NCBI GenBank assembly: GCA_963769935.1 | Contig: CAVYNY010000017.1 | Coordinates: forward strand, 128,001 to 192,000 | DNA from: an uncultured delta proteobacterium | Lineage (GTDB): Bacteria > Desulfobacterota > Desulfobacteria > Desulfobacterales > JAFDCJ01 | Direction: 5' to 3' | DNA: 64,000 nt | Part shown: positions 1-8,688 of the stretch, piece after piece | How positions within the stretch are numbered: position 1 is the stretch's first letter | How the letters are laid out: the number at the start of each line of letters is the position of its first letter | The notes under the pieces: generated by a model | Databases searched by the model: none | What the model was told of the DNA's origin: nothing | Seen by the model: the letters and a program-made list of their open reading frames with translations, nothing else | Made by a program: the position numbers and the translations under genes

Positions 1-91
1 GCGCCGCAACGCCTAAAATTGTGAACTTATTTTTGAGTGAACCCTTAGGTTTGCCGCCGTCGTGCTCATAAATAGAATGGATTCCATCATC

Positions 92-913
92 ATGCGAAAA
101 TTTAGTCCAGCAAGACATATACTGTCGATGTTTCTCGGTTTATTTATAGTGCCGGCTTTTTTCGGCATTGCCTGGGGTCATCATGAAAGCATTCCGTGTG
201 CGACGTGCCATGATAAGACGGCGGAAGAGCTCAAAGATTATGTCCACGACAGTACTAAATTTCCAATCAGTGCGCGCTGTCTTGCCTGCCATGACGGCAG
301 CATGGATGTATCCGGACTTAATCCGCCTCATGTTATCAACGGCCGGAAGGAATTGGCCGGCGGTTCTTTTTCGCCCACAATTTTTTCCGACACCGTCGGC
401 CATAATATTCTATCCATTGATCAGGAACAGGGATTGACCCCCCCGGGCGGCGCTTCCCTGGATGATTTTGGCTGTTTAAGCTGCCATGACGCCCACGACA
501 ACGGAAATTTTCGCAATCTGAAAAAAAAGATAAATGGATACGCAACCTTGGTCGAGGCGGATGGCGACCCGAATTTTCAACAAAACGTTTACATTTCCGG
601 AATCAACGATTTTTGCGGGGCGTGTCACGAGCGGTTCAACCGCACCCGCAACAGCCGTGGGGCAAGAGGGTGGCGTCAGCATCCTGTGGGAATTACGATA
701 TCCGGCTCCCGACATGCCGATTTCAACCACTGGTCCAGCCAGTCCGAGCGCATCACCCAGGCCGAATATCCATCGGGAAATTCCTCTGACCTTTACGGAG
801 CCCAGTTGATCTGTCTTTCATGCCACCGCGCCCATGCCACACCTTATAATAATGCGCTGCGCTGGGATTACAGCCAAAATTCCCAGGGATGTCTGGAATG
901 TCACCCCTTTTAA
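92..913 (+). CDS. Hexaheme c-type cytochrome, shortened OmcS-like paralog
   Basis: Signal peptide and 6 CxxCH (CATCH, CLACH, CLSCH, CGACH, CLSCH, CLECH). Motifs GH, CLSCHDAH, QHP and CLSCHRAH..RWD occur in the same order as in the OmcS homolog at 8689. Start placed at ATG 92; the ORF is open from 62. Confidence 0.8.
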   Translation: MRKFSPARHILSMFLGLFIVPAFFGIAWGHHESIPCATCHDKTAEELKDYVHDSTKFPISARCLACHDGSMDVSGLNPPHVINGRKELAGGSFSPTIFSDTVGHNILSIDQEQGLTPPGGASLDDFGCLSCHDAHDNGNFRNLKKKINGYATLVEADGDPNFQQNVYISGINDFCGACHERFNRTRNSRGARGWRQHPVGITISGSRHADFNHWSSQSERITQAEYPSGNSSDLYGAQLICLSCHRAHATPYNNALRWDYSQNSQGCLECHPF

Positions 914-970
914 ATGAATTTCCCACGCAAATACAACTTAGCGCTTATGGGGCTCAACCCTCGGCCCGGG

Positions 971-1906
971 TTACTCCTTAACGGCAAATACCTGTATGCG
1001 GTTGTTGTTCGTATCGGCAATAAAGATGTTCCCGCTCTTGTTGATGCACAGTTGAGAGGGATAATTTAAAAGACCTTCTTTCCAGCCCATCGCCGACAGT
1101 CGCCCCAGGAAGGATCCATCCGGCCCGAGAATGATGACCCTGCTGCCATTGTGGTCGACCAGATACATATGTCCCCGGTTATCGGTGGTTATGGCGGTCG
1201 GAAACCGCACATATTCCTTCAAGCTTTGGGTCAGCGGAGAAAACTCGGCCGAATCCTTGGCCGCCGAAAATACCTTGGCATTGATGCTATCGATCAAGAA
1301 AACCGTTCCTTTAAAATCCACTGTGAGATCCGAGAGGAAACCGTAGGCTTTCGGGAATTTTTTTTGTGCCAGGTATCGGCCCTCAGAGTTCAACACCAGG
1401 ATGCGCTCGGAAAATATATCTAAAATATAGATGTCGTCATTGCGGTCGATACAGAAACTGCGCGGGACATATGTCGGGGAAGGCAGTCCGGTCGGATTCA
1501 GGTCGCCGATAAATGCGCCGGCCGGGGTCAGGCGCACAATTCGGCGTTTTTTGCGGTCGAGCACGAAAATTTCGCCTTTGGAATTTAGCTGCACCCGGGT
1601 CGGATAGGCCAGCTCGGGCATCTTAATTGCCGGCGAGCCGCCGCTGATGGTTTGATCCCGCAATATATAGCGCAGGAGCCGGCCGTTTCCGGTGTCCGCT
1701 ACAATTACATGGGATTGGTCATCACAGGCAATGCCTTCAGGCTGCTTGAGCGGCGTGCCATCCTGGCCGGCGGTGCTCGTCTGAGCGGCATAAATGGTTG
1801 TGATATAGCTGAACTTCAACACTTCGGTCCCGAAAGATGCGTCTGAAATCAACCCGAAACTCAGCGTGGCGGTTATCAGGACAATCGTTTTGATAAATGC
1901 GCTCAT
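971..1906 (-). CDS. NHL-repeat beta-propeller protein (osc-cluster type)
   Basis: Repeats LKQPEGIA..IVADTGNGR, LAYPTRV and LNYPSQL..IFIADTNNNRIQVF; signal peptide from ATG 1906. Confidence 0.85.
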   Translation of the reverse strand: MSAFIKTIVLITATLSFGLISDASFGTEVLKFSYITTIYAAQTSTAGQDGTPLKQPEGIACDDQSHVIVADTGNGRLLRYILRDQTISGGSPAIKMPELAYPTRVQLNSKGEIFVLDRKKRRIVRLTPAGAFIGDLNPTGLPSPTYVPRSFCIDRNDDIYILDIFSERILVLNSEGRYLAQKKFPKAYGFLSDLTVDFKGTVFLIDSINAKVFSAAKDSAEFSPLTQSLKEYVRFPTAITTDNRGHMYLVDHNGSRVIILGPDGSFLGRLSAMGWKEGLLNYPSQLCINKSGNIFIADTNNNRIQVFAVKE

Positions 1907-1919
1907 TGCGGTTGCAGTC

Positions 1920-3239
1920 TCACTTTCTGCGTTCGGGATGGCATTGGATGCACAAGTCATAAGTGGTTTCAAACGGCATCATATTGGGCTTGTTTCCGGT
2001 ACCGCAGGCCTTGTGACAGCTCAGGCATTCTACGGTAAGGTTCTTATCTCTCGGATCAATCACCTTTTCTCCAATCGGGTGGGTGGCATGGGTCTCCCAT
2101 TGATGACATTTACCGCAAATTTTCTCACCGATGGAGAGTTGCGGCGGCATGAGAAGGATATTGTCCGCCGCATGGGGTGCATGACAGGCGGTGCAGTTGC
2201 CCGTTTTTACAGGTTCGCACAAAGTCGTATTTTTGGGATTCTTGATCGACCATTGCTGCAGTCTAACCGTATCTTCATGACATCTGCCGCAGGTTTCGCC
2301 GATGGATTTTTCCAGAAGCTTTTTTTGTTTTGAGCCATGGGGATTGTGGCAGTTCAAACATCCGACTTTGTCCGTCAGCGGCCAGTGCACCCGGCTTTTG
2401 GCGAAAATCGCATCCACCGCATCGCGGTGACATTGCCGGCACAGTTCCGTTCCCTGTTTTTTGGTCCTGGTGGCATTCGGCGAGCCGGCATCGAAATGGC
2501 ATTCGGTGCATTTATTTTCGGCGACCGGAGGATGGACTTGATCGTATAAAATACCGCGGGTATTGGATCCATGCGCGCTGTGGCAGGAGTCGCAGTTCGT
2601 ATCGGCAACAGGGTAGCCCAGGTGTTTGCGTTTAAACGAAAGCTGGTTGGTTTTATGGCATTCCGTGCAGAGGGCCGGAACGACGTTTTTTAACAGATAC
2701 TCCGACCTTGCCGATGCGTGCGGATCGTGGCAGTTGAGGCAGCCTTTGCCCTTCATCAATGGATCGTGTTTGAATCGTACTTCGTTGGTTTGCTTACCGA
2801 CATCCTGGTGGCAATTCACGCACAGCGCATTGCCCGATTTGTTGAGAAGGAAGCTGTTGTCCGACCCGTGGGAATTGTGGCAGGTCTGGCAGTTGCCGTC
2901 AACGACCACCTTATGGATGCTGCGCGCTTTGTCCGGCACGACTTGTTGATGGCAACTGCGGCAAAGCGTATTGACGTCCGAAACTAAAAGATTCTTATGG
3001 CTGGAAGTATGCGGATCATGGCAGGCGGTGCAATCTCCCTTTTTAAGCAGCGGATGCACGGACCGTTGTTTGCTCGTTTTGGCCACGTCCTCGTGGCATT
3101 TCAGGCATTGGGTGCCTTTGGCGCCGGGCTGAAGACTAACCTTATGCTGCGGGTATGCCGGCGCAGCAAAGACCATCGTTAAAATTGTGCCGATTAATAA
3201 AAATCGGGCAGATTTAAGGTTTATAAAGTTTCGTCGCAT
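1920..3239 (-). CDS. 16-heme periplasmic c-type cytochrome (doubled-CxxCH type)
   Basis: 16 CxxCH counted, paired CxxCHxPH...CxxCH units, signal peptide; start at ATG 3239. Confidence 0.9.
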   Translation of the reverse strand: MRRNFINLKSARFLLIGTILTMVFAAPAYPQHKVSLQPGAKGTQCLKCHEDVAKTSKQRSVHPLLKKGDCTACHDPHTSSHKNLLVSDVNTLCRSCHQQVVPDKARSIHKVVVDGNCQTCHNSHGSDNSFLLNKSGNALCVNCHQDVGKQTNEVRFKHDPLMKGKGCLNCHDPHASARSEYLLKNVVPALCTECHKTNQLSFKRKHLGYPVADTNCDSCHSAHGSNTRGILYDQVHPPVAENKCTECHFDAGSPNATRTKKQGTELCRQCHRDAVDAIFAKSRVHWPLTDKVGCLNCHNPHGSKQKKLLEKSIGETCGRCHEDTVRLQQWSIKNPKNTTLCEPVKTGNCTACHAPHAADNILLMPPQLSIGEKICGKCHQWETHATHPIGEKVIDPRDKNLTVECLSCHKACGTGNKPNMMPFETTYDLCIQCHPERRK

Positions 3240-3241
3240 GG

Positions 3242-5317
3242 CTATTCGATAATATGGCAATCCTTACACGTTTTGTCGGCAAACGGCTTGTGGACGACGG
3301 CTTTAAAAAACTTGGGATCTGTAGAGGTATGGGGGTCATGGCATTTGCCGCAATCCATCCGGCCGGCATCGACGCTGAGATGGGCCGTTTGAAAAGAATT
3401 TTTCTTATAGTCATGGCATTTGCCGCACAACAGCTGGATAGGTTGCACCATCAGCGCTCGCTGGGCTGCAAAATGGGGTTTATGACATATTTGGCAATTT
3501 TTGAGATCCGAGGGGGCATGCACGTAAATTTTGGCAGTCGCTGCCATAGCGTCTTTTGCGCCGGCGGCGGGAACCTCGGCTTCAGCAGCCGGTTCTTCCT
3601 CCGGTGGGTACATCCTGGCCTTCAGGTCGCTATGGCAGGTCAGGCAGAGGTCCGGGTAATCCGCCAGCAGAAGATTTTTTAGATTCGCTTTATGCGGACT
3701 GTGACACTTCGTGCACTCGCCGGCGACAACCGGGTCGTGTTTGCTTGCGATGTCTTTTATTTCCTCCCCAGGATCCGTGCCGTGGCAGGAATAGCATAAA
3801 AATCCCTGTTTGGCGACGGTCATTCCGGCAAAATCGCTGCCGTGCGCAGCATGGCATTTAAGACACTTTCCGTTTTTAAAAAACTCATGGTTGGACCCTC
3901 CCACGGCTGCCTTCATCAAGTCGCCATGGCAAGCGGCACACAGTTTCGGGTCGTCTATGGCGGCCACTAGAAGTTTATTGTTCTTTGCGCCATGGGATCG
4001 ATGGCAGGACTCGCATTTTCCTTCGATTACCGGCAGGTGCGTATTCGTCTTCAGGAATTTGACTTCAGCGTCAAAATGACAGGCGTAACAAACCGTGTCG
4101 GTCTTGCCTTTGAGCATCCCGTAGAAATTCGATCCGTGGGGGTTGTGACAGACGTCGCATTTGCCCTCGGAAAAAGGCTCATGTCGGATGTGATCTTTTT
4201 GAGCCTCTTTGGTCTTCGCATGGCAGCCCAGGCATAGCGGCTGCTCTTCGGCCAGCAGAAGTTTTTGGGTTTTGGCCGCGTGTTTTTGATGGCAGGAAAG
4301 ACAGCCCCGGCCATCGGTTACCGCTTTGTGAGGGACGCTTGCCGGTACGTTTTTATTTTCGTGGCAGTCAAAACAGAGCGTATTGCCCGCTTTGACCAGC
4401 AAAACCGGATTCTCCGAAGCATGGGGAGCATGACAGGCAATGCATTTTCCTTCCCGGAAGGGTTGATGTTCGATGGTGCCGCCGGCCTTCAGATCGGCAG
4501 CCTTGTGGCAATCTTCGCAAAGTTGGGCGCCTTTTTGCCTGGTGGCAAAGGGGTTTTGAGACGAGGACGCATTGTGGCATTTTTCACAATCAAGCTTGAC
4601 CACCGGGGAATGCGCGCTGGTTTTTAAAAGCTTAAGTTGAGCCGAGGCGTGAGGGCTGTGACAGCCGGCGCAGGAAGCAGTTTCCACCGGATATCCGCGA
4701 TGGGCAGTTTTGAAAGCGGCCTGTTGGACGTTGTGGCAGGACATACACAGCGGCACTTCTTTCTTCCTGAGAAGATCGGCCTGATCCGAGCTGTGCGAGA
4801 AGTGACAGGTGTCGCAGGAATCTGTCTGCAACGGCTTATGCACCACCTTCTTTTGAAAGGCTTTTTGCGGATGGCACTGGTAGCACAGATCACTGCCGGC
4901 AGCCTTTAAGAGAGGGGTTGTCTGGGACGCATGCGGGTTATGGCAATCGGTGCATTTCCCGGTTTTCAAAGCGGTGTGCACCGCGGCTTTATCCAGTCCG
5001 ATTTTTTCAGGAGGATGGCAGGAATAGCAGAGGTCGTTGCCTTCCCTTTTCAGCAGTAGTTTAGGGATGATGCCGTGTCGCAGGTGGCAGTCTTCGCACT
5101 TTTTTTCCTTGACCACCGCGTGCACATCCTTCATTGCCAGATATTTTGCCGCAAAGTCGCTGTGGCAATCCAGACATTCCTTGCGGGCGAATTTACCCGT
5201 TTGGCGTGAAGGGGCCGGAACGCAGGCGGCTACATAAATAAAAATGCCGGCGGCCAATAGAATGGCGACTCCGGCAGATCCGGACAGCCTCGGTAATGAA
5301 ATCGTGGTTTTCCTCAT
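3242..5317 (-). CDS. 26-heme c-type cytochrome, probable lipoprotein
   Basis: 26 CxxCH counted; lipobox-like VAAC; Pro/Ala/Glu linker before the last 4 hemes. Confidence 0.9.
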   Translation of the reverse strand: MRKTTISLPRLSGSAGVAILLAAGIFIYVAACVPAPSRQTGKFARKECLDCHSDFAAKYLAMKDVHAVVKEKKCEDCHLRHGIIPKLLLKREGNDLCYSCHPPEKIGLDKAAVHTALKTGKCTDCHNPHASQTTPLLKAAGSDLCYQCHPQKAFQKKVVHKPLQTDSCDTCHFSHSSDQADLLRKKEVPLCMSCHNVQQAAFKTAHRGYPVETASCAGCHSPHASAQLKLLKTSAHSPVVKLDCEKCHNASSSQNPFATRQKGAQLCEDCHKAADLKAGGTIEHQPFREGKCIACHAPHASENPVLLVKAGNTLCFDCHENKNVPASVPHKAVTDGRGCLSCHQKHAAKTQKLLLAEEQPLCLGCHAKTKEAQKDHIRHEPFSEGKCDVCHNPHGSNFYGMLKGKTDTVCYACHFDAEVKFLKTNTHLPVIEGKCESCHRSHGAKNNKLLVAAIDDPKLCAACHGDLMKAAVGGSNHEFFKNGKCLKCHAAHGSDFAGMTVAKQGFLCYSCHGTDPGEEIKDIASKHDPVVAGECTKCHSPHKANLKNLLLADYPDLCLTCHSDLKARMYPPEEEPAAEAEVPAAGAKDAMAATAKIYVHAPSDLKNCQICHKPHFAAQRALMVQPIQLLCGKCHDYKKNSFQTAHLSVDAGRMDCGKCHDPHTSTDPKFFKAVVHKPFADKTCKDCHIIE

Positions 5318-5346
5318 TGGATGGTGAATGTTAACCGCAGTATCCT

Positions 5347-7029
5347 TTATCTTTTAAGGTCGGTGCGATAAATTTTAACGGGATAATATGCTTTGAGCTT
5401 TTCGGCCCAAACCTCCACGGACTTTTTCAGTTTATCATCGAAAACCTTTTTGGCAATTTCCTGCTTGACCTCTTCAAAGGGTTGAAGCTGGGCCGGGACG
5501 ACCTGATAGATGTACAGCACATAATACCGGCCCCCGGGGCCTTCATACAGTCTGAAATCACCGGTCTTCGCTCTGGAAACCGCTTTTTGCACATTTTCCG
5601 GCATACTGCTTTCCGTTATCAGACTGCCGTCAAACTTTAAAATTCCTGGGGTATTTTGATCGACCTGACCTTCGGCATTGGAGCCTAGCCAGTTGAAGTC
5701 GGTACCCTTTTTGAGCTTATCGATGGCCGCCACGGCAGCGCTTCTTTGGTCAAATACGAGGCTTTTAATTCTCAACAGCCGGGGGGCGGTGTATTGTTCA
5801 GCGTTTTGGGAATAATAGGTTTTCAAATCCTTCGGTTCAAGCTTAATATCGGGGGCGACAGCCTTGCGGATGAACTCATCGAAGAGCAGAGAAATTTCAT
5901 ATTCCGTAACTTTTTGGCGATATTCGTCTGTTTTATCGAGTCCCTGCTTCAAGGCTTCTTTCAACAGCAGTCGTTTTTGAAGCATTTCTTCCAGGATGTC
6001 GCTTTTTTTGCTGTTGATTCTTTTATTTTTGGCGGCCAATTGGACTCCGTGGTAGAATTTCGCTTCAACGGCCGCGCTGAGGTCTGAAACGGTAATGGGT
6101 TTTTCGCCTTTAATCCGGGCCAGAACTCTTTTGTCCGTCAACAAATTTTCAAATCCCGGCTTTTCAGCTTCGTAGTCCAGCCGGTCTAAAAGCGTTTGAT
6201 CCAATTCAACATATTTTTTTTTCAATTCGCTGTAGTATTGTCTGGCCGCCTTAACTTTCTTCTGGTTAAGTGCCTGCCGCCGCGCTATTTCCTTGGCCTC
6301 CGGGTCCTCATCAGCCGGATAGCGGATATCTTCCAGTTTAAAGACGACAAATCCCTTTTTGCCGATGGAAAGAACCGGGCTGACCGATCCGACTTCCATT
6401 TGCGCCGCAAGCTGGGCCACCGGCAGCGTCAGGTCTTTGCTTTTTACATAATCGGCCCGGTTGTCCGCTTCGCCGATGCCCCAGTCAAGGGCTTTTTGCA
6501 AAACGTCGTCAAAACTGACGCCCGCTTTCAGCTGGGTTTGAATCTGCCTGGCAGCATCTTCCGTTTTCAGCCGAAGCGATTTGATCTTAAACTCCTTTAC
6601 CATGGATTTATAGCGCTGTTCAACCACGTCCTCATCGGCCGTAATATCTTTGACATAGCCTTCAAGCAAAAGCTCCCTGAGGGCTTGTTTTGAGTATGTA
6701 TCCAGCGCCGCTTTAATTTCGGGAAGCTCATCCAGTCCCATGTTCCTTGCTTCCAATACGATCAATCGCGTATTGATCAGGCGCTGCATAATGTCGGAAA
6801 AATCGATCCGGCCGGCTTTTTCTCCCCTGGGCCGGGCGGCATGGGAAGCGGCCACGGCGCGATCCAATTCCTCCAGGCTGATCGGATCGTCATTGACGGT
6901 TGCGACGGCTTCTTTACCGTCAATGATCGGCAATTTCTGATCAGACGCCTTGCCGTAGCCGGCAGCTGCCAGGAGAAAAAAACTGGCCGTCACGATGATC
7001 AGCACTGATGAAACTGGTTTCAGGCGCAT
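5347..7029 (-). CDS. oscH: SurA/PpiC-type peptidyl-prolyl isomerase chaperone with duplicated modules (OscH-like)
   Basis: Two SurA-N-like segments (VATVNDDPIS, VLARIKGEKPIT), each followed by a rotamase-like segment; C-terminal QPFEEVKQEI; lies next to the omcS-type cluster. The symbol rests on domain type plus synteny. Confidence 0.7.
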   Translation of the reverse strand: MRLKPVSSVLIIVTASFFLLAAAGYGKASDQKLPIIDGKEAVATVNDDPISLEELDRAVAASHAARPRGEKAGRIDFSDIMQRLINTRLIVLEARNMGLDELPEIKAALDTYSKQALRELLLEGYVKDITADEDVVEQRYKSMVKEFKIKSLRLKTEDAARQIQTQLKAGVSFDDVLQKALDWGIGEADNRADYVKSKDLTLPVAQLAAQMEVGSVSPVLSIGKKGFVVFKLEDIRYPADEDPEAKEIARRQALNQKKVKAARQYYSELKKKYVELDQTLLDRLDYEAEKPGFENLLTDKRVLARIKGEKPITVSDLSAAVEAKFYHGVQLAAKNKRINSKKSDILEEMLQKRLLLKEALKQGLDKTDEYRQKVTEYEISLLFDEFIRKAVAPDIKLEPKDLKTYYSQNAEQYTAPRLLRIKSLVFDQRSAAVAAIDKLKKGTDFNWLGSNAEGQVDQNTPGILKFDGSLITESSMPENVQKAVSRAKTGDFRLYEGPGGRYYVLYIYQVVPAQLQPFEEVKQEIAKKVFDDKLKKSVEVWAEKLKAYYPVKIYRTDLKR

Positions 7030-7131
7030 TGGATTCCTTTTCGGATGTGCTCTCGTGGGTACACTGAGGCGGAAAAAAGCCATGACATATTTCCTAATTA
7101 TTTACAAGCCCAAACTTAAGGGAAATGTTCG

Positions 7132-7147
7132 AGCAATTACTATGCCA
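7132..7147 (-). promoter_or_regulatory. Sigma-54 promoter for the PPIase/26-heme/16-heme/NHL arm
   Basis: Minus strand reads TGGCAT-AGTAA-TTGCT, matching the -24/-12 consensus TGGCAC-N5-TTGCW. Confidence 0.75.
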
Positions 7148-7272
7148 GGTGCAGTTCACCGGCGGAAAACTGCCGACCGCCGCACTAGGAGGGAACCGAC
7201 ATAACCAATAAAATTAATCCACCGATGTAAGAGCTGCCAATTCAATGCTTGGGCGGCGACACCCGCCGCAGG

Positions 7273-7308
7273 TGGTGAAATCACCAAACCGATTTGGCAA
7301 TTTCACCA
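7273..7308. promoter_or_regulatory. Tandem palindromic enhancer (bEBP UAS)
   Basis: TGGTGA-AA-TCACCA (7273-7286) and TGGCAATTTCACCA (7295-7308), starts 22 bp apart; the same arrangement recurs at 26764-26799. Confidence 0.7.
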
Positions 7309-7405
7309 TCCTTTATAAACCATGCATTTCGTTTAGTACGCGCTGAATTTTTATAACAATTTGTTATTAAATAACAATCGATCAATGACGCCCCTTGCCG
7401 CCGCG

Positions 7406-7421
7406 TGGCACACTCGTTGCA
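7406..7421 (+). promoter_or_regulatory. Sigma-54 promoter for the NHL-omcS arm
   Basis: TGGCAC-ACTCG-TTGCA, a perfect consensus. Confidence 0.8.
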
Positions 7422-7486
7422 ATTATCGTTGCAATAACTATTGGGACCTGATATCTGGTAATAGCTTGAATTGCAGGATTACCGCG

Positions 7487-8473
7487 ATGAAACGTATGCT
7501 CGACAAAATCAAACACTCCATTTCAGCCGCTCTTCGACCGGCGGTTGTCACATTTTTGTTGAGTGCCGTATGGGTTGCAGGTGTCCCGGCCGAAGTTCAG
7601 GCCGAGGTTCAAACCTCCTTCCTTTACCGGCTGTCCAATTTTTCAGGACCCGTGGCTTCCAATTGGGCAACGATCTCAGTTGATCAAGCCAGAGACGAAA
7701 TTTATGTAACCGACGGCCAGTCGGGCATTATCCGGATTTATAATGATCGGGGCATGGAGGTTTATCGTTTTGGCGATGACTGGAATTCAGGCAGCCTCCT
7801 GTTGGCAGCCGCCGCCCGAAATGATGGAAACATTCTCGTCTTGACCCGCAGGTTCTCCGCAAATTCAATTGTGCTCTGCAATTTCAGAGGCGAGTTTCTG
7901 GCCGTACTTGCTTTGCAAGACTTCCCCCCCGATTTTTCGGGTTTTTCACCGACAGACATGGTTTACCGAGACAGACGGCTTTACCTGCTGGATAATAATT
8001 TACTGCGGCTGGCCGTCACCGATTCCAACGGTTATTTCATGGCCGGCTACGATCTCGGCGCGCTGTTGAAGATCGACGATAATAAGCGAATGGCAACCCA
8101 GCTCGGCGGGTTCAGCGTGGATCACGCTGGGAACATATACTTTACCGTGCCGGTGCTTTTTACAGCCTTTAAACTTTCGCCGGACGGTAAGCTGGCAAGC
8201 TTCGGCAAGCCGGGAAGCGCTCCCGGCCGGTTTAACAATCTGGGGGGAATTGTCGCCGATGACCAGGGCTATATTTATGTGGCGGACCGGTTAAAGTCGG
8301 TTGTCATCATATTTGATAAAGATTTCAAGTTCGTGAATGAGTTCGGTTATCGCGGACGCCGGCCGTATAATCTGATAGCTCCCAATGATTTGGATCTGGA
8401 TGCCGCCGGCCGGCTGTATGTGTCCCAGCTGGCCAGTATCGGCGTCAGCGTCTTTAAAATTATCTACCAGTAG
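7487..8473 (+). CDS. NHL-repeat beta-propeller protein upstream of the omcS-like gene
   Basis: FGKPGSAPGRFNNLGGIVAD..IYVADR and LIAPNDLDLD..LYVS repeats; signal peptide. Start moved to ATG 7487, downstream of the sigma-54 promoter. Confidence 0.85.
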   Translation: MKRMLDKIKHSISAALRPAVVTFLLSAVWVAGVPAEVQAEVQTSFLYRLSNFSGPVASNWATISVDQARDEIYVTDGQSGIIRIYNDRGMEVYRFGDDWNSGSLLLAAAARNDGNILVLTRRFSANSIVLCNFRGEFLAVLALQDFPPDFSGFSPTDMVYRDRRLYLLDNNLLRLAVTDSNGYFMAGYDLGALLKIDDNKRMATQLGGFSVDHAGNIYFTVPVLFTAFKLSPDGKLASFGKPGSAPGRFNNLGGIVADDQGYIYVADRLKSVVIIFDKDFKFVNEFGYRGRRPYNLIAPNDLDLDAAGRLYVSQLASIGVSVFKIIYQ

Positions 8474-8574
8474 CTTCAAACATCTGTAGAAGCTGCCGGA
8501 AAAAAGGAGGTGATGAAACTCAGGTAGGGATAAGGATTTTTTTTGGTTTCCGAATTTTAACGGTCGATACAAAA

Positions 8575-8665
8575 TTTTCCCTCCGAAAAAGGTAAACCCA
8601 TCGAAAGGTGGGGTCACAAAGCCGACGGGTCCTCATTAACGGGGGACGGCCGGGCTGCCGGGAAG
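8575..8665 (+). ncRNA. GEMM-I (c-di-GMP-I family) riboswitch
   Basis: GGTAAACCCATC-GAAA-GGTGGGGTCAC-AAAGCC-GACGGGTC...GACGGCCGGGCTGCCG shows P2 with a GAAA tetraloop, the AAAGCC junction and P3. It lies about 25 nt upstream of the omcS-like start. Confidence 0.9.
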
Positions 8666-8688
8666 ATGAAGATAAGGAGAACAACTGG

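Noticed and set aside
1..50. Possible end of an IS/MITE (AACTTATTTTTGAGTGAACCCTTA)
   Set aside because: It is cut by the window edge, and no partner inverted repeat or transposase is visible.
7361..7486. N-terminal extensions in the ORF track (also 8608-8688, 26521-26619 and 60018-60191)
   Set aside because: They overlap sigma-54 promoters, the riboswitch or the adjacent gene; downstream ATGs give proper signal peptides or domain starts.
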